Made by a program: the position numbers and the translations under genes
Shown here: piece after piece, positions 40,328-49,579 of the stretch
How positions within the stretch are numbered: position 1 is the stretch's first letter
How the letters are laid out: every line of letters starts with the position of its first letter
The notes under the pieces: model-generated
Seen by the model: only the letters and a program-made list of their open reading frames with translations
Told to the model about the DNA's origin: nothing
Database searches by the model: none
Origin: Gemmatimonadaceae bacterium
Lineage (GTDB): Bacteria; Gemmatimonadota; Gemmatimonadetes; Gemmatimonadales; Gemmatimonadaceae
Reading direction: 5' to 3'
NCBI GenBank assembly: GCA_044224875.1
Contig: JBGAJQ010000014.1
Span: 1 to 64,000 of the forward strand
Length of the DNA stretch: 64,000 bases

Positions 40328-43132
40328 TCAGTCGTCAGCGTCGCGGGCTAGGCGGACACCACGCTCGTCGCGGACGAGCACCATGTCGTCGCTGAGCAAC
40401 GGTGCGTCGTAGTTCGCGTCGAGCGACTCGAGCACGGTATCCTCATCCGACGGTGGCGTCGTGGAGCCGGTCAGGGTCGCGATCTCGGGCTTGAAGTGGA
40501 CGACTTGCTTCCAGCTCCGAGCGACGGCATCGGCAAAGATCAACACGAGGTCGCCAGGCTGGGCGAGTCGCAAGGCGGCATCGATGGCAAGTTGTTCATC
40601 GGGAATTACGGCGATGCGAGCGTCGTCGATTCCGGAACTTCGCAGGGCGCTGCGGATCATTTCCGGAACTACGTGTCCTTCGCGTCCGCGCAGGTCATCA
40701 TCACGGCGGCAGATGTAGTGATCGAAGCTTGCTTTTGCCGCGACGCTTCCGATCTCGCGAATGTCTTCGTCGCGGCGATCGCCCGGGCCAGCCACCACAC
40801 AGATCCGGCGGCCTTTGACATCGAGTCGTCGAGCCAGCTGGCACAGCTGATCCACGGCGGCCGCGTTGTGACCATAGTCCATGATCACCTTGAACGGGAG
40901 CTCGTCGAAGACGTTCAACCTGCCGGGGACCTGGTAGAACGTGGTATGGAAGGTTCGCAGCCCGTTGCGGATGTCTTCCAACCGAACACCCATGCTGTAC
41001 GCCATGGCCGCGGCAACCATCGCGTTCTGGACGTTAAAGGTCGCCTTTCCCTCGAGTGTCGCTGGGATCAAGTGCGTCCAAAGCAGGGAGATGTGTGCAC
41101 CCTTGTCGTAAATGGTGATCATCTGCCCGTTGACTCCGCCTTCGAGTCCGATCGCGCGCCCGCCGGCGCGAATGTGCTCGCGTACGAGCTGATGCTGCGG
41201 GTTCATCGTGACGTAGCAGACGTTCTTGGCATCCGTGTAGGCGGCCATGCGCAGGCAGTGTGGATCGTCGGCGTTCAGTACCGCCGTATCGCGCGCGACC
41301 TCCACGATGATGCGCTTGACCTCCGCGAGTTGCTCCAACGAGTCAATTCCGCGCATGCCGAGGTGGTCGGACTGGACGTTGAGCACCGCTCCGACATCGA
41401 CGTGACGGACCGCCATGCCGGCCCTGAGAAGCCCCCCGCGTGCGACTTCGAGGACCGCCACGTCGATCGTGGGATCGGAGAGCACCATGCGAGCCGAGAC
41501 CGGACCGGTCATGTCGCCGGCGACCGTTCGCTGGCCGTCGATGTAGACGCCGTCCGTAGAGGTCATGCCAACGGTGCGGCCTGCGAGCTTGTGGATGTGC
41601 GCCAGCATCCGCGACGTGGTGGTCTTTCCGTTTGTGCCAGTGATGGCGGCAATCGGTATGAGACTTGGTGATCCTGGCGGGAAGAGCATGTCGACCACGC
41701 GGGCCGCGACATCCCGCGGTTTTCCCTCAGAGGGGGCGGTGTGCATACGGAAACCGGGCGCCGCGTTCACTTCGCAGATGGCGCCGCCGATTTCCTTGTA
41801 GGACTTCGTGATATCGGGCGACAAGAAGTCCACACCACCGACATCGAGTCCGATTGCCTTGATGGCGCGTACCGCCATCTCAACATTGTCGGGGTGGATG
41901 CTATCGGTGACATCGGTGGCGGTGCCACCGGTTGACAGGTTCGCCGTGAGGCGCAGGTAAACCACGTCACCGTCAGACGGAACGCTGGTTCGCGTGTAGC
42001 CGCGCTTCGTAAGCAATTCTTCTGCTTGGGCGTCCAGCTCGAGTCGCGTGAGGACCTTTTCGTGTCCGATGCCGCGCCTCGGGTCCGCATTGACGATAGC
42101 AATGAGCTCTTCGACGGTATGGACCGCATCGCCGACGATGTGTCCGGGTTCGCGCTTGGATGCAGCGACGAGTTCACCGTCGATCACTAGCAAGCGATGA
42201 TCGAAGCCCGTGATGAAGCTCTCCACGAGTACGCTGCGGGAGTGCTCACGCGCGATGTGAAATGCGTGTCGTACCTGTGCCTCGTCCATGAGGAGAATAG
42301 AGACACCTCGGCCGTGATTGGCGTTGTACGGCTTGACGACGACGGGATATCCAATCCGTTCGGCAGCTGCAACTGCACCATCGTCGCTTTGGACGAGTCG
42401 TTGCTGCGGCACTGGCAACCCCAGGTTGGCGAGGATCTTGTTCGTTTCTTCCTTGTCCGACGCCAGCTCCACGGCGATATGCGGCGTGAGGCTAGTGACC
42501 GTGGCCTGGATGCGTCGCTGATAGCGTCCGTAACCCAGTTGAATCAATGAAAACTGGTTGAGTCGAATCCAGGGAATGTCCCGGCGTGCGGCCTCGTGCA
42601 CGATGGACGCCGTGCTTGGGCCGAGGGCTCGACGCTGCGCATACTTGATGAACTCCTCACGGGCCCGCTCCCAGTCGAAGTCTGCGGGGAAGTCGCCAGG
42701 GCGTAGTTCCACTGGAAGCAACGAGTGGAGCAGTGCAAGGGCCAAGTCCGCGGCCTCGTTTCCAACCTCGGCCTGCTCATATTCGAAGACGACATCGTAG
42801 ACCCCCGGGCGATCATCGACACTTCGCGTCTTACCGAAGGTGACGGACTCGCCTGCGGCATTCTGCAGCTCGATCGCGCAATGTTCGAGAACGTGACCGA
42901 GCCAGGTGCCTTCCTCCTCACGCATGCGACGAATGAAGCCACCAGGCTCGCTGTAGGAGCAGCCGTGTTCATGCAGACCGGGAAGGCGTTCGAGGAGCGC
43001 GACGATGAAGGCGTCGCCGAGTCGCGATGTTGGCCACTGCTCCAAAACGCCGAGATCGACTTCGAGTCGGATAACCGGGAAATGCGCGTAGAGAGAGGGG
43101 CCGACGAAGACTCGTCGATCGAGGATGCGCAT
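40328..43132 (-). CDS. cphA: Cyanophycin synthetase CphA1
   Basis: HGCS..GGF..GTWLGHVLEH, ATP-grasp (VVKP, ANLSTGG, EVNAAPGFRMH), Mur domain TGTNGKTTT, DYGHN. Confidence 0.97.
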   Translation of the reverse strand: MRILDRRVFVGPSLYAHFPVIRLEVDLGVLEQWPTSRLGDAFIVALLERLPGLHEHGCSYSEPGGFIRRMREEEGTWLGHVLEHCAIELQNAAGESVTFGKTRSVDDRPGVYDVVFEYEQAEVGNEAADLALALLHSLLPVELRPGDFPADFDWERAREEFIKYAQRRALGPSTASIVHEAARRDIPWIRLNQFSLIQLGYGRYQRRIQATVTSLTPHIAVELASDKEETNKILANLGLPVPQQRLVQSDDGAVAAAERIGYPVVVKPYNANHGRGVSILLMDEAQVRHAFHIAREHSRSVLVESFITGFDHRLLVIDGELVAASKREPGHIVGDAVHTVEELIAIVNADPRRGIGHEKVLTRLELDAQAEELLTKRGYTRTSVPSDGDVVYLRLTANLSTGGTATDVTDSIHPDNVEMAVRAIKAIGLDVGGVDFLSPDITKSYKEIGGAICEVNAAPGFRMHTAPSEGKPRDVAARVVDMLFPPGSPSLIPIAAITGTNGKTTTSRMLAHIHKLAGRTVGMTSTDGVYIDGQRTVAGDMTGPVSARMVLSDPTIDVAVLEVARGGLLRAGMAVRHVDVGAVLNVQSDHLGMRGIDSLEQLAEVKRIIVEVARDTAVLNADDPHCLRMAAYTDAKNVCYVTMNPQHQLVREHIRAGGRAIGLEGGVNGQMITIYDKGAHISLLWTHLIPATLEGKATFNVQNAMVAAAMAYSMGVRLEDIRNGLRTFHTTFYQVPGRLNVFDELPFKVIMDYGHNAAAVDQLCQLARRLDVKGRRICVVAGPGDRRDEDIREIGSVAAKASFDHYICRRDDDLRGREGHVVPEMIRSALRSSGIDDARIAVIPDEQLAIDAALRLAQPGDLVLIFADAVARSWKQVVHFKPEIATLTGSTTPPSDEDTVLESLDANYDAPLLSDDMVLVRDERGVRLARDADD

Positions 43133-43215
43133 GTGGGCGGCGGCGAAGGTGGGAGGTGACGCGCCGGAAGAATGCCCATAGCTGCGCCAAGGAGGCGCGG
43201 CTCACTGCGGATGCT

Positions 43216-44049
43216 CTAGCGGCGTTCGGCTGTTTCCTGCGGGGCGCCGGCGTTCCTGGTGTGCAGGTTGTACGTGGCGCCGTGCGTGAGAATGTGCAGC
43301 CGGATGCCGATGAGCGTAACAGGATCGGAAGGGGCAGCATGGTCCGCCGCCGAATATTCGACGTGGGACGGGTCGACGATCGTAATGGCGCTCGATCCGC
43401 GGATTTCAATGACCTCGTCGGGTCCAATGAATGCTGCCGTGTCCTCATCCAGGCCGAGGCCAACCGCGAAGGGATTGAGCGAGAGCGACATGAGCAACCG
43501 TCCGAGGCGGTCGCGCTGCCGGAAGTGTTGGTCGACGACAATGCGGTTGGTAAGCCCGAGGCCGGGCGCAAGGCTCACCATGCCCTGACGTGGAGTGGGA
43601 CCTTCGTCTCCGAACGCGATCATGTGTTCTGAGAGGAAGGCCGCACCGGCAGACGTTCCCGCCACGTGCTGTCCGTGCGCGTTGCGGCGGCGCAGGAGCT
43701 TGGCCACCGGCGTACCGCCTAACGTCGTGGAGAGTCGAAGTTGGGTGCCACCGGTCAAGAAGACGCCGTCGGCTTGTTCCAGGCGCTCGAGAACGTCCGC
43801 TCGCTCGCAGTCCGCCCGCGCTTCTATGGGGAGGGCGATGGCGGTCTTCGCTCCCATCGCCTTGAAGGCCTGCTCGTAGTGCGCACCCGTGTCGGGGTCC
43901 GATGATGCCGTGGGAATGATGGCGATGTGGGCCCGACGTCCTCCGCAGAGTTCGAGGAAGTGCGTGAGGATGTCGGAATCGCCAATACGCCCACCGATGG
44001 GAACGATGTAACCGCGGCTTCCGTTTTCAGGAACTCGAGAAGGACTCAT
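43216..44049 (-). CDS. cphB: Cyanophycinase
   Basis: IPTAS, GTSAGA, DQHFRQRDRLGRL, GLDEDT; no signal peptide. Confidence 0.95.
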   Translation of the reverse strand: MSPSRVPENGSRGYIVPIGGRIGDSDILTHFLELCGGRRAHIAIIPTASSDPDTGAHYEQAFKAMGAKTAIALPIEARADCERADVLERLEQADGVFLTGGTQLRLSTTLGGTPVAKLLRRRNAHGQHVAGTSAGAAFLSEHMIAFGDEGPTPRQGMVSLAPGLGLTNRIVVDQHFRQRDRLGRLLMSLSLNPFAVGLGLDEDTAAFIGPDEVIEIRGSSAITIVDPSHVEYSAADHAAPSDPVTLIGIRLHILTHGATYNLHTRNAGAPQETAERR

Positions 44050-44345
44050 GCCGCGCTGAAGGTAACAAGGAGTTGGTGTCGTCGCCTAGCGGCCAAGTCT
44101 GCCCAAGTGGCGGGTATTGGCGGGTGGGAGAGCGTCTGGCGATGGTCCTGCTGTCTAAAAGAGGTGCGGCACATCGTGGAATCTCTGGTCCTTTAGAGAT
44201 TTCGCCCGCCCCCTGCATGCGTGGCGTGCGTAGTTCACCCTTCAGGCAGCGCGTCTTGTCACGAATAACGGGCTAACACGGTTCCGAGCGCGAGGTTGCT
44301 GCTGCACGTGGGCGGGTACATGACCTGGCATCCTCGAGGTAGGCG

Positions 44346-45116
44346 ATGAAGAACGGCGGTTCGCGTGGCCGCGTCATCTGGCACGAATTGATCACCAGCG
44401 ATCCGGCGGCGGCGGTTGAGTTCTACACGCGCACCATTGGCTGGACGGTCGACTCGAGTGGCGACGAGGGGTTAGCGACACGACTGCAAGCCAACGATCG
44501 CACCATAGGTACGATCGTGCCGCTCGCCGATGCACGAGCAGAGCGCACTCCGCATTGGCTCACGTACGTGGCATGCACGGACATCGAGGCGACGTGTCGG
44601 CATGCCGAGTCGTTAGGCGGTGTCGTTCTGGCGCCGCCGCGATTCATTCCGACCGCAGGTTGCCGCGCCGTGCTCCAGGATCCCCAGGGCGCGATCTTGG
44701 GCATTGTGGCACGTGAAGGGGAGACCGAGGGAAGGGCGCGCATGACTGCGCCGGGCGAGTTTTCGTGGCACGAACTGGCGACGACCGATTGCCGAGCAGC
44801 GCTCTCGTTCTACCGCACGCTGTTTGGATGGGAACAGACTGGCCAGTTTGATCTCGGTGCTGGGGGGATGTACTACCTCTGTGGCCAGCGTGGCGTCTGC
44901 TTCGGCGGTGTGTGCTCGGTGCGAGGCGACTCGGCAGTTCCAACGTGGCTTCCGTACATTCACGTCGCAGACATTCGCATAGCGGCCGATCGAACGGCGG
45001 CGTTTGGCGGCGCGATCTCTGTTCCGGTCTACGAGGTACCTGGCGGGGAGTGGGCGGTTGTTGGGACGGACCCGCAAGGTGCCCGGTTCGCGGCCCATCA
45101 GGTCAACCAGCGTTAA
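44346..45116 (+). CDS. VOC/glyoxalase family protein, two tandem domains
   Basis: Repeated WHEL..FY..GW and DPQGA. Confidence 0.9.
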   Translation: MKNGGSRGRVIWHELITSDPAAAVEFYTRTIGWTVDSSGDEGLATRLQANDRTIGTIVPLADARAERTPHWLTYVACTDIEATCRHAESLGGVVLAPPRFIPTAGCRAVLQDPQGAILGIVAREGETEGRARMTAPGEFSWHELATTDCRAALSFYRTLFGWEQTGQFDLGAGGMYYLCGQRGVCFGGVCSVRGDSAVPTWLPYIHVADIRIAADRTAAFGGAISVPVYEVPGGEWAVVGTDPQGARFAAHQVNQR

Positions 45117-45305
45117 CGGCCTCGCGTCAACCGGGCTCTTGTAGCCCGTCGGATATCGCGCCGAGGCGATGTTGCGCGGTGCCCTCCGAAGCGGTCTTGG
45201 GAGAGGGCCAACCCTTGACGTGTCAAGGAGAAACGCGATCCGGCTGGCTGGCAGCGTCATCATCCGATACGTTGGCCATGCACCGCCCAACCCACAGGAT
45301 CTTCG

Positions 45306-46586
45306 GTGAGCGATTCGTTCAACCACGGCGGAGTGCGGCGCACTCCGCCAATGAACTGGCGCGTCGACGAGCGACGCACGCCACGCGACAGCATGGCGCA
45401 CGTTGCAGGCGGTGGGTTGACTCGCGTTTGCGTGATCGTGGGGACGCGTCCCGAAGTGATCAAGATGGCGCCGGTCATTCACCGTCTGAACGCAAGAGCG
45501 TCCGTGTTTGAGACGGTCATCGTGACTACCGCGCAGCATCGGGAGATGTTGGCGCAGGCGATGGAGACATTCGACATCGTGCCGCATGTGGACTTGGCGT
45601 TGATGTCGGCGAGGCAGGAGCTGGCGGATTTTACCTCGCGAGCATTGTTGGCGCTGTCGAGCTGCTTGCGGGAACTGCGTCCCGACGTCGTCCTGGTGCA
45701 GGGTGACACGACAACGGTGATGGCGGCGTCGCTGGCCGCACACTACCTCGGAATTCCAATCGGGCATGTGGAGGCCGGCCTACGCTCAGGCAATCTTCAC
45801 AACCCGTTTCCAGAAGAGCTGAATCGCCGGCTCGCGAGCGCGGTGGCCGACCTGCACTTTGCGCCAACGGAGCAAGCGCGAGCGAATCTGCTTCGGGAAG
45901 GAATACCCGAGAGGCAGATCATTACGACCGGCAACACGATCGTCGATGCGCTTCAGCGAATTCCTCCTCGAGCGCGCTTCGAGACCGAACGGTTGAACAC
46001 GCTTCCGTGGGACGATCCGGTGGTACTCGCGACGGTTCACCGACGAGAGAATATTGGAGATCCCCTGCGACAGATCTGCGCCGCGATGTGTGACCTGACG
46101 CAGCGATTTCCGCGGCTGCACCTCTTGTTTCCGGTTCACCTAAACCCGCACGTTCGAGACATCGTGATGGACGAGCTTCGGGATCATGATCGCATTGTGC
46201 TGGTGGATCCCCTTCCGTACGCGGATTTACTGGAGTGCATCCGACGGGCGCGATTCGTCATGACCGACTCAGGGGGGATCCAAGAAGAGTGTCCGTCGCT
46301 GCGAACACCGGTGTTGGTACTCCGGAAGAACACGGAGCGGCCCGAGGTGCTGACGTCGGGTTTCGGTCGCGTGGTGGGGACGGATCGCGGGGCAATTGTC
46401 GCGGCTGCCGGAGCGCTGCTCGCTGATGAGGACGCACGTCGAGCCATGACGAGTGGTGCAAATCCGTTTGGCGACGGGCACGCTGCTGAGCGAATCGTCG
46501 AGGTACTGGAGCAGCGCATGGTGCGACGGCGTCCTCCCACCCCTCGGGCGGGGATCAAATCCGTTGGAGAGCGGCCGTCGGCATGA
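45306..46586 (+). CDS. wecB: UDP-N-acetylglucosamine 2-epimerase, non-hydrolysing (start may be 45393)
   Basis: GTRPEVIK, VQGDT, HVEAGLRS, HRREN, DSGGIQEE, TERPE. Confidence 0.96.
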   Translation: MSDSFNHGGVRRTPPMNWRVDERRTPRDSMAHVAGGGLTRVCVIVGTRPEVIKMAPVIHRLNARASVFETVIVTTAQHREMLAQAMETFDIVPHVDLALMSARQELADFTSRALLALSSCLRELRPDVVLVQGDTTTVMAASLAAHYLGIPIGHVEAGLRSGNLHNPFPEELNRRLASAVADLHFAPTEQARANLLREGIPERQIITTGNTIVDALQRIPPRARFETERLNTLPWDDPVVLATVHRRENIGDPLRQICAAMCDLTQRFPRLHLLFPVHLNPHVRDIVMDELRDHDRIVLVDPLPYADLLECIRRARFVMTDSGGIQEECPSLRTPVLVLRKNTERPEVLTSGFGRVVGTDRGAIVAAAGALLADEDARRAMTSGANPFGDGHAAERIVEVLEQRMVRRRPPTPRAGIKSVGERPSA

Positions 46587-47371
46587 GGCTCGTCAGGTCG
46601 AACTTGCTGATAGGAACGCTCATGAGCGTCGTGTGGCAGAGGCCCGCCAGCGCGCAGCAGGGTACGGGTGGGCGGTTGGAGGTCGTCGTCCAGTCCCAAC
46701 AAGTGACGGCGGGGCTTGGGGATTGGAGCGGTCTGGCCAGTCGATTGGTGTTACGGCCATCGGTGCGGGACACATGGTACGCGGAAGCGTTGTACCAACG
46801 CGCCTTCAAGGACGACGGTGTGTATGTGGGTGCAGGCCAGCGTCGCAGTTTCGGCGATCGATGGAGCACGTTTGTTTCGTTAGGCGGGGGGACGGGAGAG
46901 TTTGTGCTGCCGGACCTGCGCGCCGATGCGCAGCTGTCGCGAGCGTGGGGACGCTCGCGGCGGCTCGTGACGACCGCCGGCGCGACATTTGTGGACGCCA
47001 AGCGGGGCTATTCCGACGTGTCGGCCCTTGCATCGCTCACCGCGTACACGGGCTCCCTTGCGGTGCTGGAACTCGGCGAGCGAGTGACCAGGAGCTCGCC
47101 CGGTGGGGTGGCAAGTGCGCGAACCTTTGGGGCCATGACCGTAGGTCGCGCGGGAGCAGCGTATGTGGTCGTCCGCGGTTCGACGGGGACTGAGGGATAC
47201 CAGCTGCTCGGGGTGACCGCCGCGCATCGTCATTTTCGGAGCAACGAAGGATCTGTCAGCTGGCGCCAGTGGTTGGGGCGCCGTGGCGGCGTGCTGGTGC
47301 AAGGAGACAGCTACAACAACGACTTGTATTCGCGGTCGGGAGTGAGTGTTGGCGTCTTCACTGACTGGTAG
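46583..47371 (+). CDS. YaiO-like outer-membrane beta-barrel protein
   Basis: Signal peptide, amphipathic strands, C-terminal Trp; operon context. Confidence 0.7.
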   Translation: MRLVRSNLLIGTLMSVVWQRPASAQQGTGGRLEVVVQSQQVTAGLGDWSGLASRLVLRPSVRDTWYAEALYQRAFKDDGVYVGAGQRRSFGDRWSTFVSLGGGTGEFVLPDLRADAQLSRAWGRSRRLVTTAGATFVDAKRGYSDVSALASLTAYTGSLAVLELGERVTRSSPGGVASARTFGAMTVGRAGAAYVVVRGSTGTEGYQLLGVTAAHRHFRSNEGSVSWRQWLGRRGGVLVQGDSYNNDLYSRSGVSVGVFTDW

Positions 47372-48218
47372 GACTCCCGCGTACGTCGCCGCCATCGGCG
47401 ACCGAACGAAGCTCCTGGCAGAGCTGCGACGTCGCGGCTCACGGGGTGGCGTGATTGCGCCACATCGCGCGATGCTCACGGGGCGCCTCACGCCGTCGTT
47501 GGTTGTCAGCATCCTCGTGATCCCCGTGTTGACCGCCGTGATGATGGCGTTGGCCTTGCGACCACTTGGTCCATTATGGGGCAAGGTCCTGCAATGGCTG
47601 ATGGAGCTGACGCGCCTGCCCGGTGAAGTCGCCCTGCGCGACCTCGCGCTTGGCCCGATTTTCTCGTTTGCCGTCCCGTACAGTACGACGATGGCCCGAT
47701 TGCCGGTGATGTCCGACTTTGTCCTGATCGGGGCCGTGTGCGGTGTACTGCTAGCGGTCGCTTGGATGCTCCCTGCGCGATTCCTGCCCCTGGCATACTA
47801 CTTCCGGTTCGGGGTATTGGTGCAGCTGACGGCGATTCTGGCTTTTGCAGTCCGGCCCGATGCGTTCCCATACGCCCTTCCACCCTACACGGAGTCATTG
47901 GTCGAGATCGGAGCGGCCGTGCTCGTGCTGATGCCACTGGTTTACGGATGCACGCTCTTTCCTTTTGACATCGCGCTCTGGCGCAAGCTGACGTTGAGCG
48001 TTCTCTCGCTCGGGCACCTGATCGTCCTGATTCCCCTGCAAGTGTTCATCCACGCGTACACGATTCATCACCTGTCCCTGCTCGTGATGCCCACCATGTT
48101 CTTCCTGTGGGGGATCCTGGTACACGTGTTCGTGTTTGTGGCGTTTTATGGGTGGGGCATGAGTTGGCCGGACACGATGCAACGCGCGAATCGACCGACG
48201 GGAACGGTGCTCCGATGA
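47346..48218 (+). CDS. Polytopic membrane hypothetical protein (start may be GTG 47451)
   Basis: About 6-7 hydrophobic helices; stop overlaps GT2 start. Confidence 0.8.
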   Translation: MLASSLTGRTPAYVAAIGDRTKLLAELRRRGSRGGVIAPHRAMLTGRLTPSLVVSILVIPVLTAVMMALALRPLGPLWGKVLQWLMELTRLPGEVALRDLALGPIFSFAVPYSTTMARLPVMSDFVLIGAVCGVLLAVAWMLPARFLPLAYYFRFGVLVQLTAILAFAVRPDAFPYALPPYTESLVEIGAAVLVLMPLVYGCTLFPFDIALWRKLTLSVLSLGHLIVLIPLQVFIHAYTIHHLSLLVMPTMFFLWGILVHVFVFVAFYGWGMSWPDTMQRANRPTGTVLR

Positions 48219-49579
48219 TTGCCATGGTGCTCATCGTCCTCCTGTTCGTGGTGGTCGGAGTCCTGGTGGTGTACACCGTCCGTCATTACCTCTTCACGTT
48301 CAACAGGGTGTTCGGGCGTCATCGGCAGCCCTACGTCGACGTGACCGTGGCGGCGTGGCCGACGGTATCCGTCTTCATTCCGTGTCACAACGAAGAGAAG
48401 GTCGTCGCGGGTTCTCTCGATGCCCTGCTGGCCGCGGACTATCCGGCGGACCGCCTAACGATCGTTCCCATCGATGATCGCTCGACGGATGGAACGGCGA
48501 ACATCCTGCGTTCCTACGCCGCGCAGCATCCACAGCTCGTTCGTCCGGTGTTTCGAAGTGGTGGGCAGCCGGGCAAGGCCGCGGCGTTGGCCGAAGTGAG
48601 TCCCCGCGATGCCGGTGAAATCCACCTCGTATTCGACGCGGACTACGTTCCGGGGCCAAAGCTCCTGAAGCAGCTGGTGGCGCCGTTCTTCGATCCCGAG
48701 GTTGGGGCAGTGATGGGGCGGGTGGTGCCGCATAACGTGAACGACGGGCTGCTGACGCGTTTGTTGGACCTGGAACGTGCGGGTGGATATCAGGTGGACC
48801 AGCAGGCGCGCATGAACCTTGGCCTCGTCCCGCAGTACGGCGGGACTGTCGGCGGCGTACGGCGGGAAGCCTTGTCGAGCGTTGGCGGATGGCGCACCGA
48901 CACGCTAGCCGAGGATACGGACGTCACGTTTCGCCTGCTCCTCAAGGGCTGGGAAATCGTCTACCAGAACCGGTCCGAATGCTACGAAGAGGTGCCGGAG
49001 TCATGGCCGACGCGCATACGGCAGATCCGGCGCTGGGCGCACGGGCACAATCAGTCCTTACGACGATACCTCGGCGCCGTGCTTCGAAAACCATCGCACG
49101 TGAGCTTCATTCAAGTTGTGGACGGGGCGTTGTTGCTGGGTGTGTTCGCCGTGGCACCGCTACTACTCGTCGGATGGATGCTAGCGATGGCGGTCTACTA
49201 CATGGGATACCAGCCGTCGTGGGGCATTCTGGCACTGCTTGCCCTGTCTGGGTTCAGCACGCTCGGGAACTTCGCCGCGTTCTTCGAGATCGCCGCCGCA
49301 ACCCGTTTGGATGGATCGCGCGAACGCGTGCGGTTGCTGCCATTCATGTTCTTCGGGTTTCTCGTGAGCCTGATAGCGGTGTCGCAGGAGTCGTTGAAGC
49401 AGTTGTTCACCGTGCGGCGCCAACGAGACGTTGTGTGGGAGAAGACCGAGCGCTATCGGAACGGAAACGGCAATGGTCACGGAGATAGCAACGGCCATGG
49501 GAATGGGAGCGGAGAAGGAACGCGACCCAACGGGCCGCCGCTTGGCGGCCAAGCCTCGACGGGCGAGGCGCAGGCGTGA
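48215..49579 (+). CDS. Processive GT2 glycosyltransferase (polysaccharide synthase-like)
   Basis: DDRSTD, GKA, FDAD, AEDTD, QIRRW (QxxRW), flanking TM helices. Confidence 0.93.
   Translation: MIAMVLIVLLFVVVGVLVVYTVRHYLFTFNRVFGRHRQPYVDVTVAAWPTVSVFIPCHNEEKVVAGSLDALLAADYPADRLTIVPIDDRSTDGTANILRSYAAQHPQLVRPVFRSGGQPGKAAALAEVSPRDAGEIHLVFDADYVPGPKLLKQLVAPFFDPEVGAVMGRVVPHNVNDGLLTRLLDLERAGGYQVDQQARMNLGLVPQYGGTVGGVRREALSSVGGWRTDTLAEDTDVTFRLLLKGWEIVYQNRSECYEEVPESWPTRIRQIRRWAHGHNQSLRRYLGAVLRKPSHVSFIQVVDGALLLGVFAVAPLLLVGWMLAMAVYYMGYQPSWGILALLALSGFSTLGNFAAFFEIAAATRLDGSRERVRLLPFMFFGFLVSLIAVSQESLKQLFTVRRQRDVVWEKTERYRNGNGNGHGDSNGHGNGSGEGTRPNGPPLGGQASTGEAQA

Noticed and set aside
40496..41671. 391-aa plus-strand ORF and similar long shadow ORFs (44613-45767, 50311-51384, 17832-18719)
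   Set aside because: Antisense to well-supported genes, no motifs; expected in high-GC DNA
49459..49512. AACGG/AATGG near-repeats at the GT2 3' end
   Set aside because: Low-complexity Asn-Gly-His coding tail, not a DNA repeat element
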